Assembly (NCBI GenBank): GCA_965205865.1
Contig: CBDBHR010000029.1
Location: 736,001 to 800,000 of the forward strand
Length of the DNA: 64,000 bases
Origin: a bacterium
GTDB taxonomy: Bacteria > SAR324 > NAC60-12
Direction: 5' to 3'
The position numbers were made by a program, and so were the translations under genes. The notes below the pieces were generated by a model. That model worked only from the letters and a program-made list of their open reading frames with translations. It searched no databases and was not told the origin of the DNA. Every line of letters begins with the position of its first letter. Position 1 is the first letter of the stretch. Shown here one piece after another: positions 1-11,798 of this stretch.

Positions 1-584
1 TTGCGCAGAGACAAAGGAGATTCTTCAGGGTTGGCTTCGTGATGGGAGTGCCTATACCAGCAATGGAGTCGTTGAATTCATGCGGCAACTTCTCGCTCAC
101 CTTCCAAATCGGACTCGCACTCTGTTTCGTGGAGACAGTGGTTTTTTTGTGGGGGATTTGCTGGATTTCCTCGAAGAACGAGGCCATGGCTATCTGATCA
201 AGGTCAAACTCAAGGGGCTTGTCTCGTTGTTGGAAACCCAAAAATGGCAAAAAGTGAAGGGGCAGCCCGCTTGGGAAGGGTGTGAGTTTTCCCACCAATG
301 TGAAACTTGGAGGAGGTCAAGAAAATTCATGGCCGTACGCAGGGAGAAAGAGGAGGAACTCAAAGGGATGGCCACCCTCTTTGAGATGAAGGAGTACGAT
401 TATTTTTGTTATGTTCTCACTGACGCGCTCACTCCCTGGCAGGCTCACAAAGAGTATGGCCAAAGGGCGGTCGCTGAGACATGGATTGAGGAAGCAAAAA
501 ATCAAACTGCGCTGGCTCAGATTAAAACCGACGATTTTTGGGCCAACAGTGCCTTGTTCCAATGCGCGATACTCGCTTATAAAT
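1..584 (+). pseudogene. IS1380-family transposase, C-terminal part; begins before the window and is truncated by the RAYT-like element at 585
   Basis: FRGDSGFF and YGQRAVAETWIEEAK...CAILAY motifs; the last residues (KWGQA) are read from the junction and TIR of the next element. Confidence 0.8.
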
Positions 585-1632
585 GGGGTCAGGCTTGAAA
601 GTTTGAAACTTCAAGCAAGTATTTGACGTTTCAGTTCCTCTAATTGATTTTGGAGACCCTCGGATTCCTTCAATCGTTGTCTCAACCGGTGCACTCCAAA
701 GCTAATCGTAGAATCGTCTCGATTGCAAACTTTTCCGACCTCCCGAATCGTTGCGGACTTCCAATCGAAAGCTAACATGCCAATCATCGCACGGGCTTCA
801 CTCAACTTTCGTGACTGCACGGCACTTCTTAATTCCTTCTCCTGCAGTTGATAAACTTGAGCCACTTGATGAATGATCCGTTCTAAAAGAGGAGGAGAGC
901 AGGGGATGTTTTCGAGCTTCTTCAAAACCGAGGTCACAAAATGATCTTCTCCAATGATCTCTGAATGGGCAGAGCCTTTTTGAAAATTGACCGGCGAAGC
1001 AATGTTTCTCCCACTCCGGATATAATCCTCATAAAGTTTTCTGGCCTCTCCCCGTTTTGGAGAAAAGTGAGACAATCCCCAATCCGTATGCAACCATTCC
1101 AGCCGCCGCTTTCCCAAGTAAGCCAAATGGCTGCACCATGGGAAATCAACCAACTCTTTGGCCACACCCGCTCGAATCGGATTGAGATGAATATAACGAA
1201 TCAAGGCTAACAAATAGTTTTCTTGATCAACTAACAAGGCTTTATAACGTCCCTGAAATAAGTGGCCCATGCGTTTTTGCCGTTGATTGATCCAACGCGT
1301 GTAGCGAAATGAGATATTTTGCATGATCGGAGCAAGAGGGATCGCTCCCACTTCAATGGCTAAATGGACATGATTGCTCATTAAACAAAAAGCGTGAATC
1401 CGATGATCAAAGCGTTGGTAACCTTCTTGGAGTAAGTGATAAAATTGTCGATAGTCGGGGGAACTGAAAAAAATGGGTTGCCCTCCATTGCCACGAAGCA
1501 TCACATGATAAAGCGCACCAGGATAGTAAAGGCGTGGCTTACGGGCCATCTTTAGAAACAAGCGAGAAGGAAAGTAAAATCGATTTAAAGAAAAAAATAA
1601 CACTACTTTTCCAAACTTTCAAGCCTGACCCC
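585..1632 (-). mobile_element. 1,048-bp HUH (RAYT/IS200-like Y1) transposase element with perfect 21-bp TIRs, copy 1
   Basis: GGGGTCAGGCTTGAAAGTTTG at 585 and its exact reverse complement ending at 1632; near-identical copy at 8954-10001. Confidence 0.9.
611..1549 (-). CDS. REP-associated tyrosine transposase (RAYT)-like protein with C-terminal DnaA-C-like HTH
   Basis: MARKPR..YHVMLRG, HUH motif MSNHVH, GHLFQGRYKA, YIHLNP; C-terminal ARAMIG..TIREVG..NRDDSTI. Confidence 0.88.
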   Translation of the reverse strand: MARKPRLYYPGALYHVMLRGNGGQPIFFSSPDYRQFYHLLQEGYQRFDHRIHAFCLMSNHVHLAIEVGAIPLAPIMQNISFRYTRWINQRQKRMGHLFQGRYKALLVDQENYLLALIRYIHLNPIRAGVAKELVDFPWCSHLAYLGKRRLEWLHTDWGLSHFSPKRGEARKLYEDYIRSGRNIASPVNFQKGSAHSEIIGEDHFVTSVLKKLENIPCSPPLLERIIHQVAQVYQLQEKELRSAVQSRKLSEARAMIGMLAFDWKSATIREVGKVCNRDDSTISFGVHRLRQRLKESEGLQNQLEELKRQILA

Positions 1633-1748
1633 CTTTCTATGGAATGGGGAGGTAGTATACCGCGCATTTTTTGTGTTAAAACGGACTTGCCAGAACATAG
1701 GGGCGTTCGGAATCATGGCGCTGTGGCCAAATGAGAGGGCCTGGTTTT

Positions 1749-1958
1749 TTAAAAATATTTAAGGTGAGGAAACGGCTTGACGATTTCGCGAACTTTCTCT
1801 GAAAACAGGATCAATCTTTTGGTCGCGCAACTGGGACAGATCATTCTTTTTTTGCAGGAAAACGCCACAAAAAAGTCGGTTCCACATTCACACCTCACAC
1901 GAGCTACTCCGTTATCAGGAATACAACAGTCCATATATCGTCTCTCCCATATCTGCAA
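1749..1958 (-). pseudogene. IS91-family transposase zinc-binding domain fragment
   Basis: RCECG..FVAFSCKKRMICPSC motif. Confidence 0.7.
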
Positions 1959-1983
1959 GTCTTAAGGGAAATGGAACTAGTCG

Positions 1984-2226
1984 CTAGAAGGGTAGGGGAA
2001 TTTCCTCCGTCTCTGAATCTAAATTAAACGTATGATTTGCCGTAAGGTCTTGAAAGTCAGGCCATTGGCTCCCGAAGTCGTAAAGGTCAGGGCAGGAGCA
2101 TACAACTGTGAGCACGCTCCCATCAACGTGTCGCTTGAGACGGGTAAGCGCCGTGTAAAGCAACGCGCGATCCCGTGCTCTTTCGATGCTCTCAACATAT
2201 AAGACCACGTGCCTTGCTTCCCAACC
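1984..2226 (-). pseudogene. C-terminal piece (3 of 3) of the NERD-helicase
   Basis: GWEARHVVLY...LLYTALTR is the SF1 helicase motif V/VI region, continuing VKATTLH at ~3047. Confidence 0.8.
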
Positions 2227-3045
2227 AATTACGCCACCCACAAACATCTTAAGGTGAAAGAATGGCTCAAAAAACACCCGCGATTTGCATTTCATTCCTA
2301 CTTCCTCCTCATGGCTGAACATGGTGGAACGCTTTTTTGGCAAGCTGGCAGGACACGCATTTATGGAGCGGATAAAATCGAGGAGATTGTGAAGAAAACC
2401 ATTGAAGAGAAGCCTGAGGACCGTACCCATTGGAGCACGCGATCGATGGCCAAGGCAGTTGGCGTAGGCAAGACAACCGTCGGTAAAGTATGGAAAGCCC
2501 ATCGAGCCTCATCTGGAAAAAACATTTAAGTTGTCGCATGATAAGCATTTCACTGCGAAACTGAAAGATGTCATCGGTTTGTACATGAATCCTCCTGAGA
2601 AAGCGCTGGTCTTGAGCGTCGATGAGAAATCACAAATCCAGGCACTCGATCGCACCCAGCCAGGTCTGCCACTGAAACCAGGGCGCAATGGCACCAGAAC
2701 TCATGATTATATCCGTCTGGCACCTGCTGTCTGTTTACTGCTACGCAGACAGGGAAAGTGCTCGCTCGCTGTGAAAAACGGCACCGACACCAAGAGTATC
2801 TGCGCTTCCTGCGTCTTATTGACAAGACTACCTCGAAGCAACTGCAGGTACACTTGATCCCTGCCACCCACAAACATCTTAAGGTGAAAGAATGGCTCAA
2901 AAAACACCCGCGATTTCACCCGCATTTCATTCCTACTTCCTCCTCATGGCTGAACATGGTGGAACGCTTTTTTGGCAAGATCACTGCAGAACGGATTCGA
3001 CGAGGCGCCTTCAAAAGCGTGCTCGAGTTGACCGAAGCCATCCTG
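2227..3045 (+). mobile_element. Scrambled, frameshifted IS630-family transposase relic
   Basis: [39 protein letters not shown]; ~115-bp segment at ~2233-2345 duplicated at ~2863-2978. Confidence 0.85.
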
Positions 3046-3435
3046 TGGAGAGTGGTTGCTTTCACTCTAGCGTCACCCTGGAAGAAGGCTAGCTTTTGGC
3101 GCCGCTGCTCCTCGCCTTGATGGTCGAATGTATTGAGAACGCGGACAGATTTTCTCTTATAGTCCTCCACCAGTTCACGCCCCACCCCACTGCCAGATAG
3201 AAAAGTAATATCTGGTATAGCAGTATCGACGCGCAAACGTACCATTTGCCGGCGTACTTCATCAACACACGCTTCTGTGGCATTTGATGGATGCACTTGC
3301 ACCCAGCGCAACTCCGTTGGGTATAGGTCTAGCTCTGCTTGCTCTATCGGAGGGATGTCAGTTTCTTCATCTGCCAGGTATTGGGCGGCAAATTTTTGTA
3401 CGAATCGAATGATTTTTGGTGGCAAGCGATAGCTA
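3046..3435 (-). pseudogene. Middle piece (2 of 3) of the NERD-helicase
   Basis: Removing the 3436-5278 IS restores ...LSTS-YRLPPKIIRF...VKATTLH in frame. Confidence 0.85.
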
Positions 3436-5278
3436 GACCCTAGCCGAAAAGGGTTTCGAAAATAGTAAATGTAACCAATTTGATTCTATTTGATTCTCTA
3501 TTTGATTCAATATGACGAGAAAACGATTTTTTTGTTTTTTATTCGCCCACAGCACAGTTTTTATAGGGAAAAAATCTTTTTTGGACATACTTTCCTCGCC
3601 CCTGCTCATATTTCACACTCCCCCATTGAATATTCAGGCCGCTTGTTTGAGTTGTCTTTTTTTCAACTCAATCATTTTGCAAAAATTATAGGTTAATGCT
3701 TTTTCCAGCAACTCTGCCCGAACGTTTTCAATCCCTCTGCGCATAACTTGTCCGAAATGGAAACGATGCTTAAGATGAAACATCAACGACTCTGCAGCAG
3801 ATCTTCCATTTCGTGATTCCAAATAGATTTCACTTTCCCATTCTTCAATCGGGGTCATCTTTTTTCCCTTTGCCCCACTAATACTAAAAACCTTAACGCC
3901 TTTGCCCATCCACTTTTCTCTGATCGCCTGATTGGCATATCCATCATCAAGGCTCACTTCAGAGGGAATGCTGATGGTGCATCGCAAATGTTCAACAAGG
4001 GCAGGGTCGAGTTGCCCTGAATCAGCAGCATTGCCCTCCGGAGTAATTAACACGGAAATAAAACCATTTCCGCTCCTTCCTAATTGAGGCTTATATCCGA
4101 TAAGCGCTTCTCGATCTCCCTTTTGAATATAAGCCGAGCTCTGATCGGAAAGACTCAATACTTTCTCAGTAGAAGGAACCTTCTTTTCTTCAAAAACTCT
4201 TTGATGACAGTAGATGATTACCCGTTGCAAATTAGAAATATCTTCATTCATCATTTCAATGAGGCGAATCAAACGCGTTTTCCGAGAAGGGGGGAGAAGA
4301 GCTTTTTGGGCACGGATATCCACCTTTGCCATTTCTTTTAAAAATTTCCCATGAGCGCTTTGAGCTTTCTTCAATAGGGTTTTGTAATGTTTTTTTCGCT
4401 TCGTTTTACTGTCCTTTTTACCTGTCTCAAAAGCCATCATCTTAGAGAGCTTATTCATCTCCTTGATGAGGAAATCAAAATTTCTTTCACTGATCTCAGC
4501 GATTCCAAATGTATCAAGGGAACGCCCTCGATGGTAGCTTCGCTCCACGAGACGAGTCAATATCGACGAATCAGTAGGCCAAGCTGTATTTCCTTTTACA
4601 GAGGTGCTATCCAGTTTTAAAATATCAAAATCGTCCAACTCTTCATCGAGAACCATTCGAATTTGAGCATCGAAAATAAACTGTCTGCTCTCGTTGCTGA
4701 CAGCATTGACATTATCAAGGATTGTACTCGCTCCCGGCATTTTCAATCCACGGTTGAGCAGAAGCAGATGCAGTGTGATTGACTCTGAAAGAAATATTTG
4801 GGCCGTTTGGGATTTGATACTTCCTAAATATCCCCGAATCATCATAAAAAGGTAGACTAAAAAAGCCGACATCCGAGGACACCCTATTTCCAGCCTCAGT
4901 TCTTCCGGCTTCAATTCCTCATCTTCTACGGGAAGATGAGGAAGCCATGGATTCCGGGCTTCCTGCCATCGTTTATCCTCTAAACGCTCTTTCTTTTTAT
5001 TTCTTGCGTATTTCTCCAAATCCTGTTCAATTTTGTCCAATATCTCCGGCTCTCGCTCAGACAATTGATCAAGTTCTGATAAGAAATTTTCAAATTCTGT
5101 ATCAGGAGCGCTTAAAATAAGATGTTTTTCTGCTCGAATGAATGGTTTCATTTTGGGTGCCATAATTCTTAATATTGAAGTTATTCACAGTTATTTCAAT
5201 GAATTATGGCACTTTTTAACCTCAAGTTTAAAGATATAATTCTAAAAAATACCTTAAAATACCTTTTCGGCTAGGATC
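3436..5278 (-). mobile_element. IS element (ISNCY/IS5-like DDE transposase, CDS 3634-5163)
   Basis: TIRs GACCCTAGCCGAAAAGG / CCTTTTCGGCTAGGATC; TAGCTA on both flanks; LDSTSV..WPTD, LDDGY, RSAAESL motifs. Confidence 0.85.
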
Positions 5279-6582
5279 TAGCTAGTGCTCAGTTGAGCCC
5301 ACGGACCGCCTTGAAACCCGGCGCCAACCATCGCCTGTTCAGTCCAAGCACCGGCCGTCCCATAGATATTCTGCGTCTTGTCCGCAACAAGGAGCATCTC
5401 CCCGCCGTCCTTCCCTGCTTTGCGGAGAGTCTGCCACCAGTTAAGTCTGAAATCCTGGCCCTCATCTACCAGAATAGCGTCGTAAAAAAGCGGTGTGGTC
5501 CCACTATCCTGACTTTGGCCGTTGTATATCCGCTGCACGAGCTGCGCCATACGGTTCTCCAACACAGCATTTGTCGATAGCTCCCTGTCCTCCGATGAAT
5601 CCCCCCAGAGTTCCTTGTAAGCTTGCTCATGTCCCGTAGCCAAGCAAACTCGCTTACACCAAGAATGAAAGTTGAGAAAAGTAATCCGTCTTCTGACAAC
5701 TCGCTGCCTTCCCACGTGTCTGGCAGCTAGATCGCGTAAGTAGTTCAATAGGGTGATGTTGAATGAGCATACAAGAACCTCTTTGCCTTCAGTGGCAAGC
5801 TCAGCCGAACGTGCTGCGAGAACCAAACTCTTGCCCGATCCAGCAGGCCCCTTGAGGCGCCGGTAACCTGATGATGTTCGAGTCGTTGCAAGCCGACGCT
5901 GTTGATTGTTCATTTCAAGCGGTTCTCGTTGTTCTCGGCTGAAGGCCGGCTCTTTCAGCCAACCCCGAAGGTCATTCGCAGTATCCTCACACATGGATTT
6001 CGATGAAGTGCGCCACCACTCTGGGAACAGATGGGCAATGTTGCCCGACTGGACGTCGTCTGAACCGGATAACGGGTAATATTGCGGATATTTGGCTATT
6101 CCATCGTCTCTATCCCGAAACGGAGCAAATAGCTTCTGCACTTGTGCTCGGGGAGACCGAGTGAAAATGATGCCTGCGGTAATCACTGCCAGTCCAGAAT
6201 TGTCCTTCAGCCTGGGACAGTACAAGCCAAACAGCTCATCCTTATAGAGCCGTATCTTGTTAACCGGATTATCACACTGTCGGCTGAATGAGTTGCCAGA
6301 CTTTTGACGTGCCATCAGCCGCGGTTCTCCAGTCCCGCTGTAGTCCACGTAGTAGTCGAGAGCAGTCAGATCCCAATCTTTGACCTCAAACACAGCGATG
6401 CCAGCATTAGGGTTGAGGAGGACAAAATCGGGCCGTAGACCATTCAGGTGCGGTTGGATGTACATCTCCCACTCATTGGGCAACTTATCGTCGAACAACT
6501 CGGCAACCGTACACTCTCCGGTAGTGAGCGTTGTCAGTAATCTATCCCACTGTTCTCTTGGCGGGTCAATGAGTCGAGACAT
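5278..6582 (-). pseudogene. NERD nuclease + SF1 (UvrD-like) helicase, N-terminal piece (1 of 3)
   Basis: RPDFVLL..FEVKDW (NERD), GPAGSGKS Walker A, LVDEGQD. Confidence 0.88.
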
Positions 6583-6591
6583 ACCGTTCTA

Positions 6592-8460
6592 TCAGGGTGT
6601 TATGAGGGTGTCTCCAGAGCCTGAGACCCGGCTGTCTTCCTGCACCAGTTCGTACTTCTTAGGGGCCTCATCGGGATCCTCGATATCGTCCGAGGCGATC
6701 TGTTTGCCCATCACTGTCTGAATCCTGTCGAGGAGCACCAACTGCCGACTGTTGAAGTACTCAACGAAATCGTCTGACCGGAGGTGAGCAGGATCGATAA
6801 AGTGCGACTTAAGGTAGCCGTCCAGAACGTCTCGAGGAACACTATACTTGCCCGACTCGATACGCACGAGATACTCACTAGGAGAATCTCCTCCGATGAT
6901 GCGGTTGGTTCGCGCCGTAAGCGGTGTTTTGTTTATGATCGAGTCGCAGCATCCGGGCTTAATGCCATGATCGTGGCACCACTTCTGTGGAAAGACATGA
7001 TGAATGTCAATGCTCTCGTCAAAGTAGCTCTGTATGGACGACTTTTCGCCAGTCAACCAATCTTTTGCGCCTTCGCGCAGTAGAAGCGCATATACGCCCT
7101 TGTATGCGGCACTGTTTCGCGTGCGCAGTGTCCGCAACCGGGCGGGAGTGAATTCCGCATCATAGATGGTACCCGGATCCGGCCCGCCACCCCGTATCCA
7201 GCTCAGGACTTCAGGGAGGTCGTGGGAAAACCGCGTCTCGATTGAGCCTCCGTAGAGCTCTCCCAGCACGCCGCACCAGTACCATCGTGCGAGCTTTTCT
7301 TTCGCAGGGAACGACTCCCAATCCTGATCAAGAACCGTGAGGATCGCTGCCAGTGGTATCAGTTGACTGCCGTACGGTAGGAATCTCGCGTCATACAAGT
7401 GCTGAGAATGGAGGAATCTCGCCGCTCTCTCAAAGCCCTGCATCAACGGGTCAGCCCACCACTGGTACTCGTCCAGTCCTAGCCGCAGCATATCCGAGCG
7501 CTTGCATCCTATGCCGGGAGCCCGGTCCTCGTCCGTTCCATTGTGAAGGGCGACATTTCGGCGCTCCAGGGTAGCAAGTAAAGTCACAGCCTGAAGAAAA
7601 TCCGTATTGGAGACACCCGAGAGGATCGACCGGCAGTGGATTTTACACTCCCGCCTCTCCCAATCCGGCCTTAGTTGAAAGTTGTCCGCAGCGAAAGTCG
7701 CTGTCAGAAGCTCAAACACTGTCAGCGTCACGCCACCGGTATTTACTTTCTCGAAGACTTGGCAGACCGCCTCCTTTGGCGTGTCCTTGTCAAGCTCAAT
7801 GACCGGCACCTGGTATTGCTCGAATCGCTTGACGATTTTGCCATTGAAATCAATCCAAAATTTGATCTTTTCCTTATCGAAGTCCCAGAATTCTTGGAAA
7901 CCCACCATCCAGTCGTCCGTATCGAACACCTTGGAAAAGGGAAACATCATTGCCTCGTACTCTCGCTCTGGGGTCGAGTAGTCTTTAACTACATCCCGTC
8001 CGAACCTCTTGATCTGCCACTCCTCAGGCAGGGAAATTACCGCTTCTTCCCGATCACCATTAGCGTTCAGCGCCATCTGCATGTCTATGTAGTACCACCG
8101 TTTGATCTTTCTCCCACGTTGGTCACGGGTGCGTACCGGTCGGTCAAGACGCAGGGACTGGAAGAGCGATGTGAGTCGCTGTTGCCCGTCGAGGATGAGC
8201 CGTTCTGCCTTCTGCTCTCCCGGCGCTGGCGCACCCTCTAAGGGGCGTTGCTTGAAGCGAATGGTCTCACCTCCCGCTCTGAGCATCATCACAGCGCCGA
8301 TCGGGTAGCTCAGGGAAATACTCGCGAGCAAGCTTCGGACGTGATCGTCATCCCAGACCCACCCCCGCTGGAATTCAGGCAATTGCGTCCTCCCGTCCGC
8401 TGCCTCGCCGAGCATCCCGTCAAGTGATTCCTTCTCAATGCCAAATGTCTTTATGTTCAT
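6592..8460 (-). CDS. GmrSD-family (DUF262 + HNH/DUF1524-like) modification-dependent restriction endonuclease
   Basis: LPEFQRGWVW, LDGQQRLT, FEKVNTGG, DIHHVFP. Confidence 0.9.
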   Translation of the reverse strand: MNIKTFGIEKESLDGMLGEAADGRTQLPEFQRGWVWDDDHVRSLLASISLSYPIGAVMMLRAGGETIRFKQRPLEGAPAPGEQKAERLILDGQQRLTSLFQSLRLDRPVRTRDQRGRKIKRWYYIDMQMALNANGDREEAVISLPEEWQIKRFGRDVVKDYSTPEREYEAMMFPFSKVFDTDDWMVGFQEFWDFDKEKIKFWIDFNGKIVKRFEQYQVPVIELDKDTPKEAVCQVFEKVNTGGVTLTVFELLTATFAADNFQLRPDWERRECKIHCRSILSGVSNTDFLQAVTLLATLERRNVALHNGTDEDRAPGIGCKRSDMLRLGLDEYQWWADPLMQGFERAARFLHSQHLYDARFLPYGSQLIPLAAILTVLDQDWESFPAKEKLARWYWCGVLGELYGGSIETRFSHDLPEVLSWIRGGGPDPGTIYDAEFTPARLRTLRTRNSAAYKGVYALLLREGAKDWLTGEKSSIQSYFDESIDIHHVFPQKWCHDHGIKPGCCDSIINKTPLTARTNRIIGGDSPSEYLVRIESGKYSVPRDVLDGYLKSHFIDPAHLRSDDFVEYFNSRQLVLLDRIQTVMGKQIASDDIEDPDEAPKKYELVQEDSRVSGSGDTLITP

Positions 8461-8746
8461 TACACCTCCTCAACGATTCCGACTATTGTTACCTAGTGAT
8501 TTTCTGAGGCCCTCTATGAAGAGGAACCGGGAAGCATATCCCGCAAAAGGCTGAAATGGCTCTCGGCCATATAGGGACAGGAATGCCCTCATTACATTGA
8601 CGTCTATGGGGAACGCGTCCAAGCACCTCAAGTCGAACAAGGCCACGCAATGTTGTAGTAGTTACTATGTAAACCAGACAGTCTCCGAGGGTTGTGATAA
8701 AAATGAAGTTTTACATATTACAAACAACCTCTTTTAGAGGAGACTG

Positions 8747-8953
8747 TCATGAAAAAGGATAACATTGAATCATTATCAGGTCAACCCCTTTTTGTTGGCA
8801 TTGGCGTGCATAAGAAGATTTTTCACGTAACCTTTCGGAGCTTTGATTGCGAGATGACCACTCCTTCAATTGCTTCTCAAATATTTGAACACGCCATAGC
8901 CCCCTTTGCCGCTTGATTCGTCTCTGACGTACTGAATGGGGATTATCTGAAAT
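8747..8953 (-). pseudogene. Degenerate fragment of another RAYT-type transposase
   Basis: SVRQRRIKRQRGLW resembles the RAYT S-R-x-K-x-ERGIWQ segment; abuts the element TIR. Confidence 0.4.
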
Positions 8954-10001
8954 GGGGTCAGGCTTGAAAGTTTGAAACTTCAAGCAAGTATTTGACGTTT
9001 CAGTTCCTCTAATTGATTTTGGAGACCCTCGGATTCCTTCAATCGTTGTCTCAACCGGTGCACTCCAAAGCTAATCGTAGAATCGTCTCGATTGCAAACT
9101 TTTCCGACTTCCCGAATCGTTGCGGACTTCCAATCGAAAGCTAACATGCCAATCATCGCACGGGCTTCACTCAACTTTCGTGACTGCCCGGCACTTCTTA
9201 ATTCCTTCTCCTGCAGTTGATAAACTTGAGCCACTTGATGAATGATCCGTTCTAAAAGAGGAGGAGAGCAGGGGATGTTTTCGAGCTTCTTCAAAACCGA
9301 GGTCACAAAATGATCTTCTCCAATGATCTCTGAATGGGCAGAGCCTTTTTGAAAATTGACCGGCGAAGCAATGTTTCTCCCACTCCGGATATAATCCTCA
9401 TAAAGTTTTCTGGCCTCTCCCCGTTTTGGGGAAAAGTGAGACAATCCCCAATCCGTATGCAACCATTCCAGCCGCCGCTTTCCCAAGTAAGCCAAATGGC
9501 TGCACCATGGGAAATCAACCAACTCTTTGGCCACACCCGCTCGAATCGGATTGAGATGAATATAACGAATCAAGGCTAACAAATAGTTTTCTTGATCAAC
9601 TAACAAGGCTTTATAACGTCCCTGAAATAAGTGGCCCATGCGTTTTTGCCGTTGATTGATCCAACGCGTGTAGCGAAATGAGATATTTTGCATGATCGGA
9701 GCAAGAGGGATCGCTCCCACTTCAATGGCTAAATGGACATGATTGCTCATTAAACAAAAAGCGTTAATCCGATGATCAAAGCGTTGGTAACCTTCTTGGA
9801 GTAAGTGATAAAATTGTCGATAGTCGGGGGAACTGAAAAAAATGGGTTGCCCTCCATTGCCACGAAGCATCACATGATAAAGCGCACCAGGATAGTAAAG
9901 GCGTAGCTTACGGGCCATCTTTAGAAACAAGCGAGAAGGAAAGTAAAATCGATTTAAAGAAAAAAATAACACTACTTTTCCAAACTTTCAAGCCTGACCC
10001 C
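8954..10001 (-). mobile_element. 1,048-bp HUH/RAYT-like element with 21-bp TIRs, copy 2 (CDS 8980-9918)
   Basis: Same TIRs and length as copy 1; about five substitutions seen by eye. Confidence 0.9.
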
Positions 10002-11531
10002 CTATGAAAATAAGCGTATTGAAGCTCTCGAAACAGAAAATAAGCAACTTCGGGATCAGTTGGCTCTCAACAGCCAAAACTCAAGTAAACCTCCTTCCAC
10101 CGATCAAAGTCGAAAGAACAAAAGCTTACGTAAAAGCAGGGGTCGCTCTCGCGGAGGTCAACCCGGTCATAGAGGCCATCATTTGGCTTTCAGTGAATCA
10201 CCGGATCAGGTGGAGTCCCATTCTCCCAGCACCTGTGAAACCTGTGGAGAAGATTTATTCCAGGTGGTGGTTGAGGCCAGGCATAAACGCCAAGTGTTTG
10301 ATCTTTCCCCGCTCCAATTAGAGGTCACCGAGCACCAGGTGGAACAAAAAATTTGTCCCTGCTGCCGGCATCTGAATCACTCGAGCTTTCCAGCAGGGAT
10401 AGAGGCACCCACTCAATATGGTCCCCGGATCAAAGGCTTAGCGGTTTATCTCAATCAATATCAGTTTCTGCCCTTTGATCGATGCCAGCAATTCTTTGAG
10501 GATCTGTTCGGCCAGCCGCTCAATGCGGCCACGATTTATGCCAGCCTCCAGCAAGCCGCCCATAGGCTTTATCCCTTCCAACAACAAGTGGCTGAAGCTC
10601 TGATTCAAGCGGAGGTGGTTCATTTTGATGAAACCTCTCTGTTTGAAAACAAACAACGTCGCTGGCTTCATTCAGCCTCTACCGAAGAGCTGACCTTTTA
10701 TTTTATCCACGACAAACGGGGTCAAGCCGGAATGGATGCCGCCGGTATCCTGCCTCAGTTTGAAAAGACAGCCATTCATGATCACTGGGAGAGCTACCAG
10801 CATTATGAGTGTGATCATGGCTTTTGCAATGCGCATCATTTACGTGAACTCACTCGGGCCTATCAACAAGAAAAGGCCTTGTGGGCTCAGGAGATGAGCG
10901 ACTTACTGGTAGAGATCAAAAAGCAAGTAGACCAAGCCAAGTTCAAAGAACAATCTGCTTTGAATCCAGTCCAACTAGATCACTTCCGGCAACGCTATCG
11001 TGATATCACCCAAGAAGCCCTTGAGCTCTATCCTCCCCCTCCTCAAACAAAGAAACGAGGACGCCCCAAACAGAGCAAAGCCAAAAATTTACTCGATCGC
11101 TTGATCCTCTATGAAAAGGAAACCTTGTTATTCATGGATGACTTCCGGGTTCCTTTTGACAACAACCAAGCCGAGCGAGATGTGCGCATGGTTAAACTGA
11201 AACAAAAAATCTCCGGCGGCTTTCGAACGGCTGAAGGATCTCAGGCTTTTTGTATCATCCGGGGAGCCATTTCCACTACCAGAAAACAGGGAAAATCCAT
11301 CCTCGATTTGCTCACTCAGGCTTTGCATCCTCTGGCAACTCCTTTATAATTAAGGTCCCCATAAAGGACCTAAATATACTGTGAACATATGATTTCTTCA
11401 TTTTTTTGTCATCCTGAGGGAACCGAAGGATCTTCTTGATTCCCATGAGATTCTTGCTTAGGCAGCCCCTTTAGCTCGGAATGACAGGAATTTTGAAAAG
11501 TGAAATTTAAACCCGTTCAGAGTATAGTTAC
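10002..11531 (+). mobile_element. IS66-family element (transposase to 11349), 5' end truncated by the RAYT-like element, right end interrupted by a MITE
   Basis: NSQNSSKPPSTD, HFDET, CNAHHLREL, FDNNQAERDVR; end GACCTAAATA[MITE]GTTAC. Confidence 0.9.
11377..11524. mobile_element. 148-bp MITE with TA duplication, containing a REP-like hairpin, copy A
   Basis: Ends TACTGTGAAC / GTTCAGAGTA with TA on both sides; internal GTCATCCTGAG...CTCGGAATGAC; inverted copy at 16211-16357. Confidence 0.85.
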
Positions 11532-11798
11532 TTTTTTTTTTGAATCCCGCATTTATTTTGCCTTGGGGGGTTGACATTGGGTTGTTGTGCTAGGATCATG
11601 CCATTATTGAGTTGTTTTGGTGACAGAGAAGGTTCCCGATTGATTGAACAATATCGTGAGAGGAATTGAAAACGATTGATCTTCCCCGGGAATCTTTTTT
11701 AATGATATTTAACTAAACGGGTTTTTCAGAGACCTAAATAGTTACGCTCAAATTACAACAATTTCTCGGAAAAATCCACCGCAACAGCAAGAGGACTG

